DNA of 64,000 nt from an uncultured bacterium (GTDB lineage Bacteria > Verrucomicrobiota > Verrucomicrobiia > Limisphaerales > UBA8199): NCBI GenBank assembly GCA_963749495.1, contig CAVVMW010000021.1:416001-480000 (forward strand), in the 5' to 3' direction. A program made the translations under genes and the position numbers. The notes under the pieces are model-generated. The model saw only the letters and a program-made list of their open reading frames with translations. It ran no database searches and had not been told where the DNA came from. Positions within the stretch are counted from its first letter, which is position 1. Each line of letters starts with the position of its first letter. Shown piece after piece: positions 1-9,921 of the stretch.

Positions 1-14
1 TCCCAGGGGGCCGA

Positions 15-200
15 CCCCTCACCCCGGCCCTCTCCCCATCGGATGGGGAGAGGGAGTGTCCTCGGTGGCGCTTTGAGGAAGCCGAGACGCCTGGAAGCTC
101 CCGAGACTGCCGACGCTGCGCCCTCTCCCCTTCGGAAGGGGAGAGGGCTGGGGTGAGGGCTCTGCCCGGCGCTCCGTCGCCCCCTTCACTGATCGATTAC
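15..200. repeat. Double-hairpin CCCCTCACCCC/CCCTCTCCCC palindromic repeat plus right end of an IS66-like MITE
   Basis: Two CCCTCTCCCC-N-GGGGAGAGGG hairpins inside CCCCTCACCCC...GGGGTGAGGG; ends CCTTCACTGATCGATTAC like the copies at 3682-3937 and 7154-7377. Confidence 0.8.
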
Positions 201-321
201 GCTGCGGGGCGCAAAACATTTGACCAGGCATTTCGCGAGATGGCAGTCCACCCTCAGCGCAGTGCTTCGTTTTCTTGGTTTCCTTCGTTTGCTTCTGTTT
301 CACGTTCCGGCGCCCCGGGGC

Positions 322-1573
322 TCAGTGGTATCCCCAGCCGAAGCGTTCGGTGATAGGCCAATAGACGAAGAAGGACTTGCCGATGGTTTGGGCGGCTGGG
401 AAATCGCCCCAGAAGCGTGAATCGAGGCTGTTCATGGTGTTGTCGCCCATGACGAAGAAGTGCTCGGGCTCGACGGTGAATGAGACGCCGGGGGCGAGCT
501 TTTCGATCAGGGCATGGCCGAAGTAGTGGTTTTCCTTATAGGCCAGGACCTGGTTTGCCGGCTGGCCTTTGGAGCGGTTGGCGGGGGCGCCGCAGTAGGA
601 ATAGACATTCTCGAAATGAGGGGTCGAGGCGGTAACCGGGCGGCCGTTGACGGCGAGGTGGCCCAAGGGCACGGGGTTGGCGTAGCCGGGGGCGCCTGCG
701 ACCAGGTAATCCTGGTTCAGGCAGAGAGTCTCGCCGCCCAGGCCGGCGAGCCGTTTGATGTAGAACTGGTCGGGCGGCAGGCCGGGAATGCCCTTGGTCT
801 CGAAGACGACGATTTCGCCCCGCTCCGGCGCGCGGAAGTTGTAGCTGACACGGTCGACGAAGAGGTGGTCGCCGGCGCGGACTTTCATCCTAATGATGTC
901 CTCGCCTTTGCGGAAGGACTGGCCGAGCGTGAGGCCGGCGCGGCGCTCGAAGCGTGGGCTGGCCGTAATCGGGCGGGAACCAGATCATGTAGGTCCTGCC
1001 GCCGACGACCAGCTTCTGCCAGAGGTTGAAGATGAGGAACTTGACCGGGGGGTCTATCTGATCAATGGGCCCATCGGACTTGGCGACGATGTGGATGTAG
1101 GAGACGCCCGCGAACCACTCGCGGACGCGTTTGAAGCCCGAGGGAATATCGAAGGCCGTTTGCTCGGGGGGCCGGTTGAAATCGAACCCGGAGTGGTCGG
1201 GCACGGAGGTGACGCCGTAGAGGGTGGGCTGCATGGAGCCGGTCGGGATCTTGAAAGGCTGGAGGAAGAAGGTGCGGATGCCCATGGCGACCGTCAGGGC
1301 GACCAGGAGCACCTCGATGTTCTCGCGGAAGCCGGGGTTGGGATAGGGCTTGAGCCACTTGTTGGCGGTTTCCTCGAGGTTCTGGGCCTGCTTTTCCAAC
1401 TCGGCCTTGTCCGCCCTGTCGGCCACGGCCTGCCGGACGGCGGCCATGGCGGCGCGGACGCTCTCGACGGCCTGGGGCGAGAGGATGTCGCGTTGATGAT
1501 CGAGGAGCTTGCCGACATGCTTGCGCATGGCGGTGGCGTCGCGGACCGTCTTGGAGAGAAACCAGTGAATCAT
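322..1573 (-). CDS. lepB: Signal peptidase I (one frameshift near 950, probably a sequencing error)
   Basis: PFKIPTGSMQPTL catalytic Ser box, YIKRL Lys box, GDNTMNSLDSRFWG; split over ORFs 890-1732 and 322-888; directly downstream of lepA. Confidence 0.9.
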
Positions 1574-1667
1574 GCGAGGGTTAAGGGTCGAGGGTCGAGT
1601 GGGCGGAGCGCCGTGGGCCGGCGCAAACCAATTCTGGGACAGTTCCTTGAGTCTGCTCGTCAAGCTT

Positions 1668-1814
1668 CCCCTCACCCCAGCCCTCTCCCCATCCGATGGG
1701 GAGAGGGAGGAGCGTCGGCCATCCGTGAACAAGTCGGAGCGCCCAGGAGCTTAGGCCAGCCAGGCGTTGCTGCTCCCTCTCCCCATCCGATGGGGAGAGG
1801 GTCGGGGTGAGGGG
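1668..1814. repeat. Double-hairpin CCCCTCACCCC palindromic repeat
   Basis: Same inverted architecture as 15-159, between lepA and lepB. Confidence 0.85.
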
Positions 1815-1828
1815 CACTCCGGGCGGCT

Positions 1829-3619
1829 TCATGTTTTGAGGACCTCGATGAAGGCCTCCTGGGGGATGTTGACGGAGCCGAAGGACTTCATGCGTTTCTT
1901 GCCTTCCTTCTGTTTTTCGAGGAGCTTGCGTTTGCGGGTAATGTCGCCGCCGTAGCACTTGGCGGTGACGTCTTTGCGGAGGGCGCCGACGGTTTCGCGG
2001 GCGACGATCTTGCCGCCGATGGCGGCCTGGATGGCGACGGCGTATTGCTGGCGGGGGATGACTTCCTTGAGCTTGGCGGCCAGGGCACGTCCCCTGCCCT
2101 CCGCCTTGTCGCGGTGGACGATGCAGGAGAAGGCGTCCACGGACTCGCCATTGACGAGCATGTCCAGCCTGACCAAGTCGGATTCCCGGTAGCCGGCGTG
2201 CTCGTAATCCATCGAACCGTAGCCGCGGGTGAGGCTCTTGATGCGGTCGTGGAAATCGATGAGGATTTCGTTGAGAGGGAGCGGGCCGGTGAGCATGACG
2301 CGGCGGGGATCGAGGGTCTCGGTCTGGTCCACGGCGCCGCGTTTTTCGGAGATGAGGGCCATCATGTCGCCGATGTATTCGTTGGGACAGATGATGAAGG
2401 CCTTGACGAGGGGCTCCTCGATGGCGGCGATGTGGGTGATTTCGGGCAAGAAGGCCGGGTTATCAACCTGCTTGAAGGAGCCGTCGGTGAGGCGGACGCG
2501 GTAGATGACGCTGGGGTAAGTGGCGATGATGTCCATGCCATATTCGCGGCGGAGGCGTTCCTGGACGATCTCCAGGTGGAGCAGGCCCAGGAAGCCGCAG
2601 CGGAAACCGAAGCCGAGGGCGACGGAGGTCTCGGCCTGGTAAACGAACGCGGAATCGTTCAACTGGAGCTTGGCCAGGTTGGCCTTGAGGTGCTCGTAAT
2701 CGGCGGTGTTGATGGGGTAGATGCCGCTGAAGACCATCGGGTGGATCTCTTTGAAGCCGGCCAGCGCGGGAGAGGGATGGCGGGCGTCAGTGATGGTATC
2801 GCCCATCTTAACCTCCTGCGGGGTCTTGATGTTGGCGGTGATGTAGCCGGTCTCGCCCAGTTCGAGTTTCTCGCGGGGGTAGGGCTTGGGATTGAAACCG
2901 CCGACCTCCTTGATCTCGACGTTTTTGCCGGAGTGCAGGAGCTTGACCTGGAGGCCGGGCTTCAACTCGCCGTTGAAGACGCGCACCAGGATGACCACGC
3001 CTTTGAAGGTGTGAAAATAGGAATCGACGACCAGGGCCTGGAGCGTGGGAGCGCCAGTGGGCTTGGGCTGGGGGATGCGCGCCACGATGGCTTCGAGGAT
3101 TTCATCGATGCCGATGCCCTCCTTGGCGCTGGCCAGGATGGCGGAGTCGCCGGGGATGGCCAGGATGTCTTCGAGTTGCTGGCGGGCCTGGGGGACGTTC
3201 GCGTGGGGGAGATCGATCTTGTTGATAATCGGGATGATGGCCAGGTCCTGTTTCATCGCCATGTGGACGTTGGCCACAGTCTGGGCCTCGACGCCCTGGG
3301 CGGCGTCGACGACGAGCAAGGCGCCCTCGCAGGCACTGAGGCTGCGCGAGACCTCGTAGGAGAAATCCACGTGGCCCGGGGTGTCGATCAGGTTCAACTC
3401 ATAGGTCTCGCCGTTTTTGGCCACGTAGCGCATGGTGACCGGGTGGGCCTTGATGGTGATGCCGCGCTCCTTCTCCAGGTCCATGGAATCCAGCAATTGG
3501 TCCTCCATCTCGCGCGTCGTGATCGTGCCCGTGCGATGCAGAAGACGATCCGAGAGGGTCGTCTTCCCATGGTCGATATGGGCGATAATGCTGAAGTTTC
3601 TTATGTGCCGGACATCCAT
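1829..3619 (-). CDS. lepA: Elongation factor 4 (LepA)
   Basis: RNFSIIAHIDHGK, DTPGHVDF, GFRCGFLGLLH, C-terminal CYGGDITRKRKLLEKQKEGK. Confidence 0.99.
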   Translation of the reverse strand: MDVRHIRNFSIIAHIDHGKTTLSDRLLHRTGTITTREMEDQLLDSMDLEKERGITIKAHPVTMRYVAKNGETYELNLIDTPGHVDFSYEVSRSLSACEGALLVVDAAQGVEAQTVANVHMAMKQDLAIIPIINKIDLPHANVPQARQQLEDILAIPGDSAILASAKEGIGIDEILEAIVARIPQPKPTGAPTLQALVVDSYFHTFKGVVILVRVFNGELKPGLQVKLLHSGKNVEIKEVGGFNPKPYPREKLELGETGYITANIKTPQEVKMGDTITDARHPSPALAGFKEIHPMVFSGIYPINTADYEHLKANLAKLQLNDSAFVYQAETSVALGFGFRCGFLGLLHLEIVQERLRREYGMDIIATYPSVIYRVRLTDGSFKQVDNPAFLPEITHIAAIEEPLVKAFIICPNEYIGDMMALISEKRGAVDQTETLDPRRVMLTGPLPLNEILIDFHDRIKSLTRGYGSMDYEHAGYRESDLVRLDMLVNGESVDAFSCIVHRDKAEGRGRALAAKLKEVIPRQQYAVAIQAAIGGKIVARETVGALRKDVTAKCYGGDITRKRKLLEKQKEGKKRMKSFGSVNIPQEAFIEVLKT

Positions 3620-3681
3620 TTTCAGTGCCGCGAAAACATACCGGAATCCGGCCTAAAGAAAAGGAGAATCCGGTTTTGGTT

Positions 3682-3937
3682 GTAAGGCGTCGGTGAAGGC
3701 GGGAGCGGCACCGCGGGCAGGCCCCTCACCCCTACCCTCTCCCCACCCGCTGCGACGGCGCGGCAGCGCGGCGAGTCGGATGGGGAGAGGGAGAATTCTC
3801 CGCAGCGTCTTGAGGAAGCGGAGACCCCAGGGAATTCGAGAGACTGCCGAGGCTTCTCCCTCTCCCCGTCGGACGGGGAGAGGGTCGGGGTGAGGGGTCG
3901 GCCGGGGACTCTGTCTCCGCCTTCATTGACTGGTTAC
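3682..3937. mobile_element. IS66-like MITE carrying the double-hairpin palindrome
   Basis: Imperfect GTAA-terminated inverted repeats (GTAAGGCGTCGGTGAAGGCGG / CCGCCTTCATTGACTGGTTAC) and 8-bp direct repeat TTTTGGTT at 3674-3681 and 3938-3945. Confidence 0.75.
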
Positions 3938-3980
3938 TTTTGGTTGCGGCGGCGCCCCGCTGCGCTACATTCGCGCCCGT

Positions 3981-4484
3981 ATGAAACGCACGACCACCGT
4001 CCAACCCTTGGTGGCCATCCTGATGGGCAGCGACTCGGACTGGCCGACAATGAAGGCCGCGGCCGACACTTGCGCGGAATTCGGCGTCCCATACGAGGTC
4101 CGAGTGAGTTCGGCTCACCGGACGCCGCAGGACCTGTCGCGCGTTGCAGCCGGGGCGCACAAACGCGGGGTGCGCGTCATCATCGCCGGGGCGGGCGGCG
4201 CCGCCCATTTGCCAGGCGTCATCGCTGCCTTGACGCCCCTGCCCGTCATCGGGGTGCCCATTATGAGCAAGGCCCTCAAGGGCCTGGATTCGCTGCTGTC
4301 GATTGTCCAGATGCCCGGCGGTGTCCCGGTGGCCACAGTCGCCATCGATGGAGCGCGCAATGCCGGGCTGCTGGCGGTGCAGATCCTGGCCGTGGGCGAC
4401 GCTGCGTTGCAGGGGAGATTCATTGCCTTCAAGGCGCGTCTGGCCGCCGAGTCGCGCGCCAAGAACCGCAGTTTGGCCAGGTAG
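3981..4484 (+). CDS. purE: N5-carboxyaminoimidazole ribonucleotide mutase
   Basis: [47 protein letters not shown]. Confidence 0.98.
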   Translation: MKRTTTVQPLVAILMGSDSDWPTMKAAADTCAEFGVPYEVRVSSAHRTPQDLSRVAAGAHKRGVRVIIAGAGGAAHLPGVIAALTPLPVIGVPIMSKALKGLDSLLSIVQMPGGVPVATVAIDGARNAGLLAVQILAVGDAALQGRFIAFKARLAAESRAKNRSLAR

Positions 4485-4515
4485 GCGGGGGAGCAACGCC
4501 GAGCCGACGGAAGTC

Positions 4516-4544
4516 TTGACCTAAGTACGGCTTTGGAGTATCAG
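4516..4544 (+). promoter_or_regulatory. Putative sigma70 promoter of the higBA-type operon
   Basis: TTGACC-17 nt-TATCAG, 6 nt before the GTG at 4551. Confidence 0.45.
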
Positions 4545-4550
4545 GGAAGC

Positions 4551-4858
4551 GTGGTTTTTATCGAACTGCCGGCGTTCACTCGGCGGCTGCTTGAATTGCT
4601 GGACGAGGCTGCCTATCTCGCATTGCAGGTCCACTTGGTTGTTCGCCCTGATGCCGGCAGGTTGATCCGGGGGGCAAAGGGCTGCGCAAGGTCCGTTGGG
4701 CGGCCAAGGGGCATGGCAAACGAGGCGGGGTGCGGGTAATCTATCTTTGGCTGCCCTCAGCCGGCCAGATCATTCTTGCCAGACTGTACGCCAAGAACGA
4801 ACGAGAAGACTTTGGTCCTGCCGAACTTAAGACCACAATTCGTGAGCTTGGACTATGA
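4551..4858 (+). CDS. higB: RelE/HigB-family toxin (frameshift near 4680 in a G run)
   Basis: VFIELPAFTR...PDAG..I.G, then in the shifted frame GLRKVRWAAKGHGKRGGVRVIY...LYAKNEREDF; TGA overlaps the antitoxin ATG (ATGA). Confidence 0.8.
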
Positions 4859-5208
4859 CGAAGACACTCATCGAGCAGATTCATCGCGAGATCGCCGACA
4901 TCGAAAGCGGCAAGGCCGCGCCCAGCCGCGTGTGGGAGTTGAGGCCAGACGGAAAAGGGGGATTCACGCGAGACACTATCCCGACCAGGGATTTCCAGCG
5001 GGCAAGGACGGCCGCGTGGGACAAAAACGTGGAGGGGACGCAACGCAAACTCGGCCTTTCTCAGGACCGTTTTGCGAGTCTGCTCGGGATCAGCGTACGC
5101 ACGTTGCAGCATTGGGAGCAGGGCAGGCGAAAGCCCAGCGGCGCGGCGCGCGTTCTGTTGAGGATCGCCGCTCGACATCCCGAGCTCGTGCTTGAGGCTG
5201 CTGCCTGA
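4855..5208 (+). CDS. higA: HigA-type XRE HTH antitoxin
   Basis: LSQDRFASLLGISVRTLQHWEQGRRKPSGAARVLLRIAARHPE; follows the toxin. Confidence 0.85.
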   Translation: MTKTLIEQIHREIADIESGKAAPSRVWELRPDGKGGFTRDTIPTRDFQRARTAAWDKNVEGTQRKLGLSQDRFASLLGISVRTLQHWEQGRRKPSGAARVLLRIAARHPELVLEAAA

Positions 5209-5241
5209 GCTGCGCCCTGCGCTCCCGGCCTTGCTTGCGCT

Positions 5242-5670
5242 GTGATTCAGCGTAAGATTGGTTCGATGCAAGCAGCAGAAGCGAGCGACGGCTGGGGTTC
5301 GGCAGCCCAGGTGATTCTCGGCCCGGATCCTCAACTGGCCCTCTATGGTGAGGCGGTGGTATGGTTCCATAAAGTGGAGCTGTTTCGCCACGGAGAGGAC
5401 GCGCGGATGTATGGGCAAGATCCTGCTCCCGAGGATTTGCTTCTGCACAAGGAACTGCTGCTACGCTTGGTTGCCGACGGCGAGCACCTGCTGCGGCTTA
5501 TCGAACAGCGCGGCTTTCTGCCCAATGCCCAAGGCGTCACGGAGGCCGATGTCAGGGCCACCCTCCAGAACCTTCGGGCCGACTACCGAGGCTGGCATGA
5601 GCCAATGCCAGCAGCCCAGAAAGCGCAAATCCTCTCTGAGGTCTTCAATGGCGCGAAACCCGCTCATTGA
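5242..5670 (+). CDS. Hypothetical protein
   Basis: 142-aa ORF with natural-looking composition filling the gap between higA and gltX; start uncertain (5242 or 5266). Confidence 0.55.
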   Translation: MIQRKIGSMQAAEASDGWGSAAQVILGPDPQLALYGEAVVWFHKVELFRHGEDARMYGQDPAPEDLLLHKELLLRLVADGEHLLRLIEQRGFLPNAQGVTEADVRATLQNLRADYRGWHEPMPAAQKAQILSEVFNGAKPAH

Positions 5671-5675
5671 GGCCT

Positions 5676-7040
5676 TTACGGCCTCCTATTCCATCCGGGA
5701 TAGGCCCCTATCAATTTCTCGAGCGCCCGCGGTTTTCCCAGGATAGCGATCAAGTGGTAGAGGCTGGGGCAGGCCGTGTTGCCGCAGCAGGCCAGGCGCA
5801 CGGGATGGACCAGGACGCCGGTCTTGACGCCCAGTTCCTTGGCGGCCGCGGCGAAGGCCGCCCCGATGGTTTGGTGATCGAAGGGTTCAAGGCCCGCCAG
5901 GACCTCCCGCAACCGCGCCACGCGCGGCTTGTTTTCAGGTGTGAACTCGCGCCGGGCGGCCTCGGGGTCGCACTGGACCTGGTCCTGGAAATAGAACCCG
6001 GCATAAGCGGGCAGTTCGCTGAAGAGCTTGAACTTGCCCTTGCAGGTGTCGAGGGCGGCCTTGACATAATCGAGGGTGCAGCGGCTGGTGTCCAGGCCGG
6101 CGCGGGCCAGGGCGTGGACCGATAGCTCGTAGAACCGGTCGTCGGTCATTTGGCGGATGTACTCGCCGTTGAGCCAGTTGAGCTTGGCAATATCGAAGCG
6201 AGCGTTGTGGCGGAGGATTTGGGGCAGGTCAAACGCGGCGATGAGCTCGGCCAAGGGGAGCATCTCGCGGTTGCCTTTGGGGGACCAGCCGAGCAGGGCC
6301 AGGAAATTGACCAGGGCCTCGGGGGCGTAGCCCTCCTGCACGTAGGTGAGCAGCGAGGCGCCCTGGTCGCGCTTGCTCATCTTGGTGCCGTCGTTGTTGA
6401 GGATGAGGGGGATGTGGGCATAGCGCGGCGGCTCGACCCCAAAGGCGCGGAACAGGGCGATGTGTTTGGCGGTGTTGCTCAGATGGTCTTCGCCGCGGAT
6501 GACGTGGGTGACGCGCATTTCGAGGTCGTCCACGACGTTCACCAGGTGAAAGACGGGCTGGCCGTCGGAGCGCACGATGACGAAGTCCGGATCCAGTTGC
6601 TCGCGGTCGGTCAAGTCGCGGCGCACGTCCCCAACGACGAGGTCGGGGATGACAATGGGCTCGCGCTGCATCTTGAATTTGACCGCCCCCTTCTGCTCGT
6701 AGGCCAGGCCGCGCGAGAGCAGCGCCTGGACCCGCCGGCGGTAATTCTCCTGCCGCTGGCTTTGAAAGTAGGGCCCGCACTCGCCCTTGCCCGGGCCGGT
6801 GGCATCCCCGCCAATCGGGCCTTCGTCCCACTCCAGCCCCAGCCAGCGCAGGCCGTTGAGGATGACATTGACCGCCTCCTGCGTGTTGCGGGCGGCGTCG
6901 GTGTCCTCGATGCGCAGGATGAACGTGCCGCCGGTGTGCCGGGCGAAGAGCCAGTTGAAGAGCGCCGTGCGCGCCCCGCCGATATGAAGAAACCCGGTGG
7001 GACTCGGAGCGAAACGAACGCGAACTTTCATAGTCATCAT
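5676..7040 (-). CDS. gltX: Glutamate--tRNA ligase (short form)
   Basis: RFAPSPTGFLHIGG, RIEDTD, THVIRGEDH, KMSKR, anticodon-binding domain. Confidence 0.96.
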   Translation of the reverse strand: MMTMKVRVRFAPSPTGFLHIGGARTALFNWLFARHTGGTFILRIEDTDAARNTQEAVNVILNGLRWLGLEWDEGPIGGDATGPGKGECGPYFQSQRQENYRRRVQALLSRGLAYEQKGAVKFKMQREPIVIPDLVVGDVRRDLTDREQLDPDFVIVRSDGQPVFHLVNVVDDLEMRVTHVIRGEDHLSNTAKHIALFRAFGVEPPRYAHIPLILNNDGTKMSKRDQGASLLTYVQEGYAPEALVNFLALLGWSPKGNREMLPLAELIAAFDLPQILRHNARFDIAKLNWLNGEYIRQMTDDRFYELSVHALARAGLDTSRCTLDYVKAALDTCKGKFKLFSELPAYAGFYFQDQVQCDPEAARREFTPENKPRVARLREVLAGLEPFDHQTIGAAFAAAAKELGVKTGVLVHPVRLACCGNTACPSLYHLIAILGKPRALEKLIGAYPGWNRRP

Positions 7041-7107
7041 TCAGGCCGGACAGCCTCGCCTGAAACTCAAGATACTGTGGCCCGGGCGAGCAGCAAGCCC
7101 GGAAAGG

Positions 7108-7146
7108 GTGAAGCGTGAAACGTGAAGCGTGAAACGTGAAACGTGA
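7108..7146. repeat. Heptamer tandem repeat GTGAA(A/G)C
   Basis: About 5.5 copies seen directly. Confidence 0.85.
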
Positions 7147-7153
7147 CAAAAGG

Positions 7154-7377
7154 GTAATGCCTCTGAGGGCGAGGGCGACACGGCGGGCAGACCCCTCACC
7201 CCGGCCCTCTCCCCTTCGGAAGGGGAGAGGGAGGATTCTCGGCAGCGGCTTGACAAAACGGAGACGCCGGGAATTCCCAGAGACGGCGGACCCTTCTCCC
7301 TCTCCCCTTCGGAAGGGGAGAGGGCCGGGGTGAGGGGTTCGCCGGAGACTCCGTTTCCGCCTTCACTGACCGACCAC
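7154..7377. mobile_element. Degenerate copy of the IS66-like MITE / double-hairpin repeat
   Basis: Core palindrome 7192-7337 and tail GCCGGAGACTCCGTTTCCGCCTTCACTGAC shared with 3682-3937; no clean target duplication. Confidence 0.65.
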
Positions 7378-7412
7378 AACAAGAAGGACGTGCGGAGGCC
7401 AAGACCGTTGGC

Positions 7413-8399
7413 TTACGGCGCACGCCTCCGGGCGGCGCGGGCGGTTTCCAGCGCACCCAGGACACGGCAGAGGGCCGAGAGGCGGGGCACGGGGAGCTTT
7501 GCCCGGCGGGCCTGGCGGAGCGGTTCCAGGAAGAGGCTCTCCAGTTCGAGAGGCAGGCCGCGCTCGAAATCGATGAGCGTGGATGCCTTGTAGGCGCCCA
7601 TCGTTCCGGTGCGCTGGATGTGTTTGTCGGCCATGGCCTCGGGCACGTCGAGGCCGAGGGCGCGGGCTGCGCTGATGACCTCGAGCATCAACTCGCGCAG
7701 GAGTTGCTTCCATTGGCGGTCCCCCAGGATTTGGTCGGTGGGCAGGCAGGGACCGAGCGGGGCGCCCTCCGCCAACTGGCCGCGCAGGACCGCTTGGTAA
7801 CCGGCGGCCCCAGCCACGCCCAGGCCGTTGAACGGGATGTTCCAGACCAGCTTCTCCCAATGGGTGCGCGCCAGGTCATCGGTGATCGAGCACGGGACGC
7901 CGGCCTTGCAGAACAAGGCGGCCAGGTCATGGGTGCGCGGTTGGGGCGGGCGCTGGAATTCGCCCAGGACAACCTGGCCGTGGTCAATGTGGTGAACCAG
8001 ACCCGGGGCCACGCGGTTCAAGCAGACGAAGCAAAGGCCCCCGAGGATTTGTCCGGGCGGGACGAGGCGGGCCAGGTGCTCCTCGTTGCCAAGGCCGTTC
8101 TGCAACGTGACCAGGGCCGTGGCCGGTCCGGCCAGCGGCGGCAGCAGACGCGGGAACTGGTCGTTGGCCGTGGTCTTGAGCCCGATGAGGACCAGGTCGC
8201 TCGGGCCGATTTCCTCAGGCAGGCGGGCGCACCGGGGCTGGACGTGGAAATCGCCTTGGAAACTGCGGACCCAAAGGCCCTGGCGCCGAACCGCCTCGTA
8301 ATCCGAGCGCAGCAGGAAATGCACGTCCTGGCCGGATTGGGCGAGCCTGGCTCCGTAATAGCTGCCGACGGCCCCGCACCCGACAACGGCGATCTTCAC
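7413..8399 (-). CDS. panE: 2-dehydropantoate 2-reductase
   Basis: KIAVVGCGAVGSYYG, TLQNGLG, WEKLVWNIPFN, YKASTLIDFERG; probable GTG start at 8399. Confidence 0.92.
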   Translation of the reverse strand: MKIAVVGCGAVGSYYGARLAQSGQDVHFLLRSDYEAVRRQGLWVRSFQGDFHVQPRCARLPEEIGPSDLVLIGLKTTANDQFPRLLPPLAGPATALVTLQNGLGNEEHLARLVPPGQILGGLCFVCLNRVAPGLVHHIDHGQVVLGEFQRPPQPRTHDLAALFCKAGVPCSITDDLARTHWEKLVWNIPFNGLGVAGAAGYQAVLRGQLAEGAPLGPCLPTDQILGDRQWKQLLRELMLEVISAARALGLDVPEAMADKHIQRTGTMGAYKASTLIDFERGLPLELESLFLEPLRQARRAKLPVPRLSALCRVLGALETARAARRRAP

Positions 8400-8456
8400 A
8401 GGGCAGCGAAAAAGCACCCGGGACGACCCCGGGTGCTTTCTCCAAGACAGAGCGAA

Positions 8457-8753
8457 TCACTTGGCGGCGAGGATGGCGTCTTTGGCGGCCTTGGCGACGC
8501 GGAACTTGACAACGCGTTTGGGTGGGATGGTGATCGTCTTGCCCTTGTCGGGGCCGAATTGCATCACCATGGACCGGGCGGGACGGCTCACCAGGACCAG
8601 CTTGCCGAGCCCCGGCAGGGTGAAAGTATTCTTGGCCTGCTTGTAGGCGAGTTCCGCAATCGAGTCCAAGACCTGCACGGCCTGTTTCTTCGAAAGGGCG
8701 TTCTTCTCGGCGATCGTGGCGGCAATTTGCGATTTGGAGAGTGCTTTAGCCAT
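8457..8753 (-). CDS. hup: HU-family DNA-binding protein
   Basis: LSKSQI...FTLPGLGKL..RPAR...ITIP.KRVVKFR. Confidence 0.95.
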   Translation of the reverse strand: MAKALSKSQIAATIAEKNALSKKQAVQVLDSIAELAYKQAKNTFTLPGLGKLVLVSRPARSMVMQFGPDKGKTITIPPKRVVKFRVAKAAKDAILAAK

Positions 8754-8929
8754 AGTGGTAAACGATGCGTTTTGTTGTTTATGGTCACTTGCGCGCTAAC
8801 GAGTCGTAAGACTCGCTGGAGTTAAACTCTTTTGGCGCGGGGACGCAAGGATAAAATGACGCAGACTTGACTTCGCGGAAAAGCTCTCGCCAAGATTGGG
8901 CGTGGCCCTCTTCACGATACAGGACTTGT

Positions 8930-9832
8930 ATGAGTAATGCGCATTTCAAGGCGGGCCGGACTGTGACCCTGGGCCTGGTGCAGGCCGGCGCCGTTGCGGA
9001 CCCGGCGGTGAACTTGAGCAAGACCCTGTCCGCTGCCCGGGAGGCGGCGCGGCAGGGCGCTCAGATCATCTGCACCCAAGAGTTGTTCCGCTCCCAGTAC
9101 TTCTGCCAATCCGAGGACCACCGCTTCTTCGAACTGGCCGAGGCCATCCCCGGCCCGTCCACCGAGGCCTTCCAGCAATTGGCCCTCGAGTGCCAGGTGG
9201 TGGTGATTGCCTCCCTCTTCGAGCGGCGCGGCCCCGGTCTCTATCATAACACGGCCATCATCATTGATGCGGACGGCTCGCTGCTGGGGCGCTACCGCAA
9301 GATGCACATCCCGGACGACCCGCTCTACTACGAGAAGTTTTACTTCGCGCCTGGGGACCTGGGGTTTCGGGCCTGGCAGACCCGTTACGCCAGGCTCGGG
9401 GTCCTGGTTTGCTGGGACCAATGGTTTCCGGAGGCGGCGCGCCTGACGGCGCTGCACGGGGCGGAGATCCTCTTCTACCCTACCGCGATCGGCTGGCATC
9501 CTGCCGAGAAGGCGCAACAGGGCCGCAGCCAGCTTGAGGCCTGGGAGACGATTCAACGCGCGCACGCCATCGCCAATGGGTGTTATGTGGCCGTGCCCAA
9601 CCGCGTGGGGCATGAGAAACTGGCCGGAGCGGGCATCGAGTTCTGGGGCCAGAGCTTCGTGGCCGGTCCGGGGGGCGAGGTCCTGGCCAGGGCCGGCGCG
9701 GACCAAGAGCAGACCCTGGTGGTGCCGGTGGACCTCGCCAAGGTCGAGGCCGCGCGCACGCACTGGCCGTTCCTGCGCGACCGCCGCATCGATGCCTACG
9801 GGGACCTGACAAAAAGGTTTATTGATGAATGA
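8930..9832 (+). CDS. aguB: Carbon-nitrogen hydrolase, N-carbamoylputrescine amidase-like
   Basis: QELF, YRKMHIPDDPLYYEKFYF, VCWDQWFPEAARL (E-K-C triad). Confidence 0.88.
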   Translation: MSNAHFKAGRTVTLGLVQAGAVADPAVNLSKTLSAAREAARQGAQIICTQELFRSQYFCQSEDHRFFELAEAIPGPSTEAFQQLALECQVVVIASLFERRGPGLYHNTAIIIDADGSLLGRYRKMHIPDDPLYYEKFYFAPGDLGFRAWQTRYARLGVLVCWDQWFPEAARLTALHGAEILFYPTAIGWHPAEKAQQGRSQLEAWETIQRAHAIANGCYVAVPNRVGHEKLAGAGIEFWGQSFVAGPGGEVLARAGADQEQTLVVPVDLAKVEAARTHWPFLRDRRIDAYGDLTKRFIDE

Positions 9833-9843
9833 GGCTCCCTCGC

Positions 9844-9891
9844 GGTTCACGGTTCATGGTTCACGGTTCGCCTTTCACGTTTCACGTTTCA
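9844..9891. repeat. Heptamer tandem block (GGTTCAC / TTTCACG)
   Basis: Seen directly; flanked by a 27-bp direct repeat (9803-9829, 9900-9926). Confidence 0.8.
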
Positions 9892-9921
9892 GCCCTTGAG
9901 ACCTGACAAAGAGGCTTATTG

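Noticed and set aside
2045..3685. Long antisense ORFs (also 11732-13219, 30528-32303, 33651-36161, 44098-46029)
   Set aside because: Shadow frames of well-supported genes, expected in high-GC DNA
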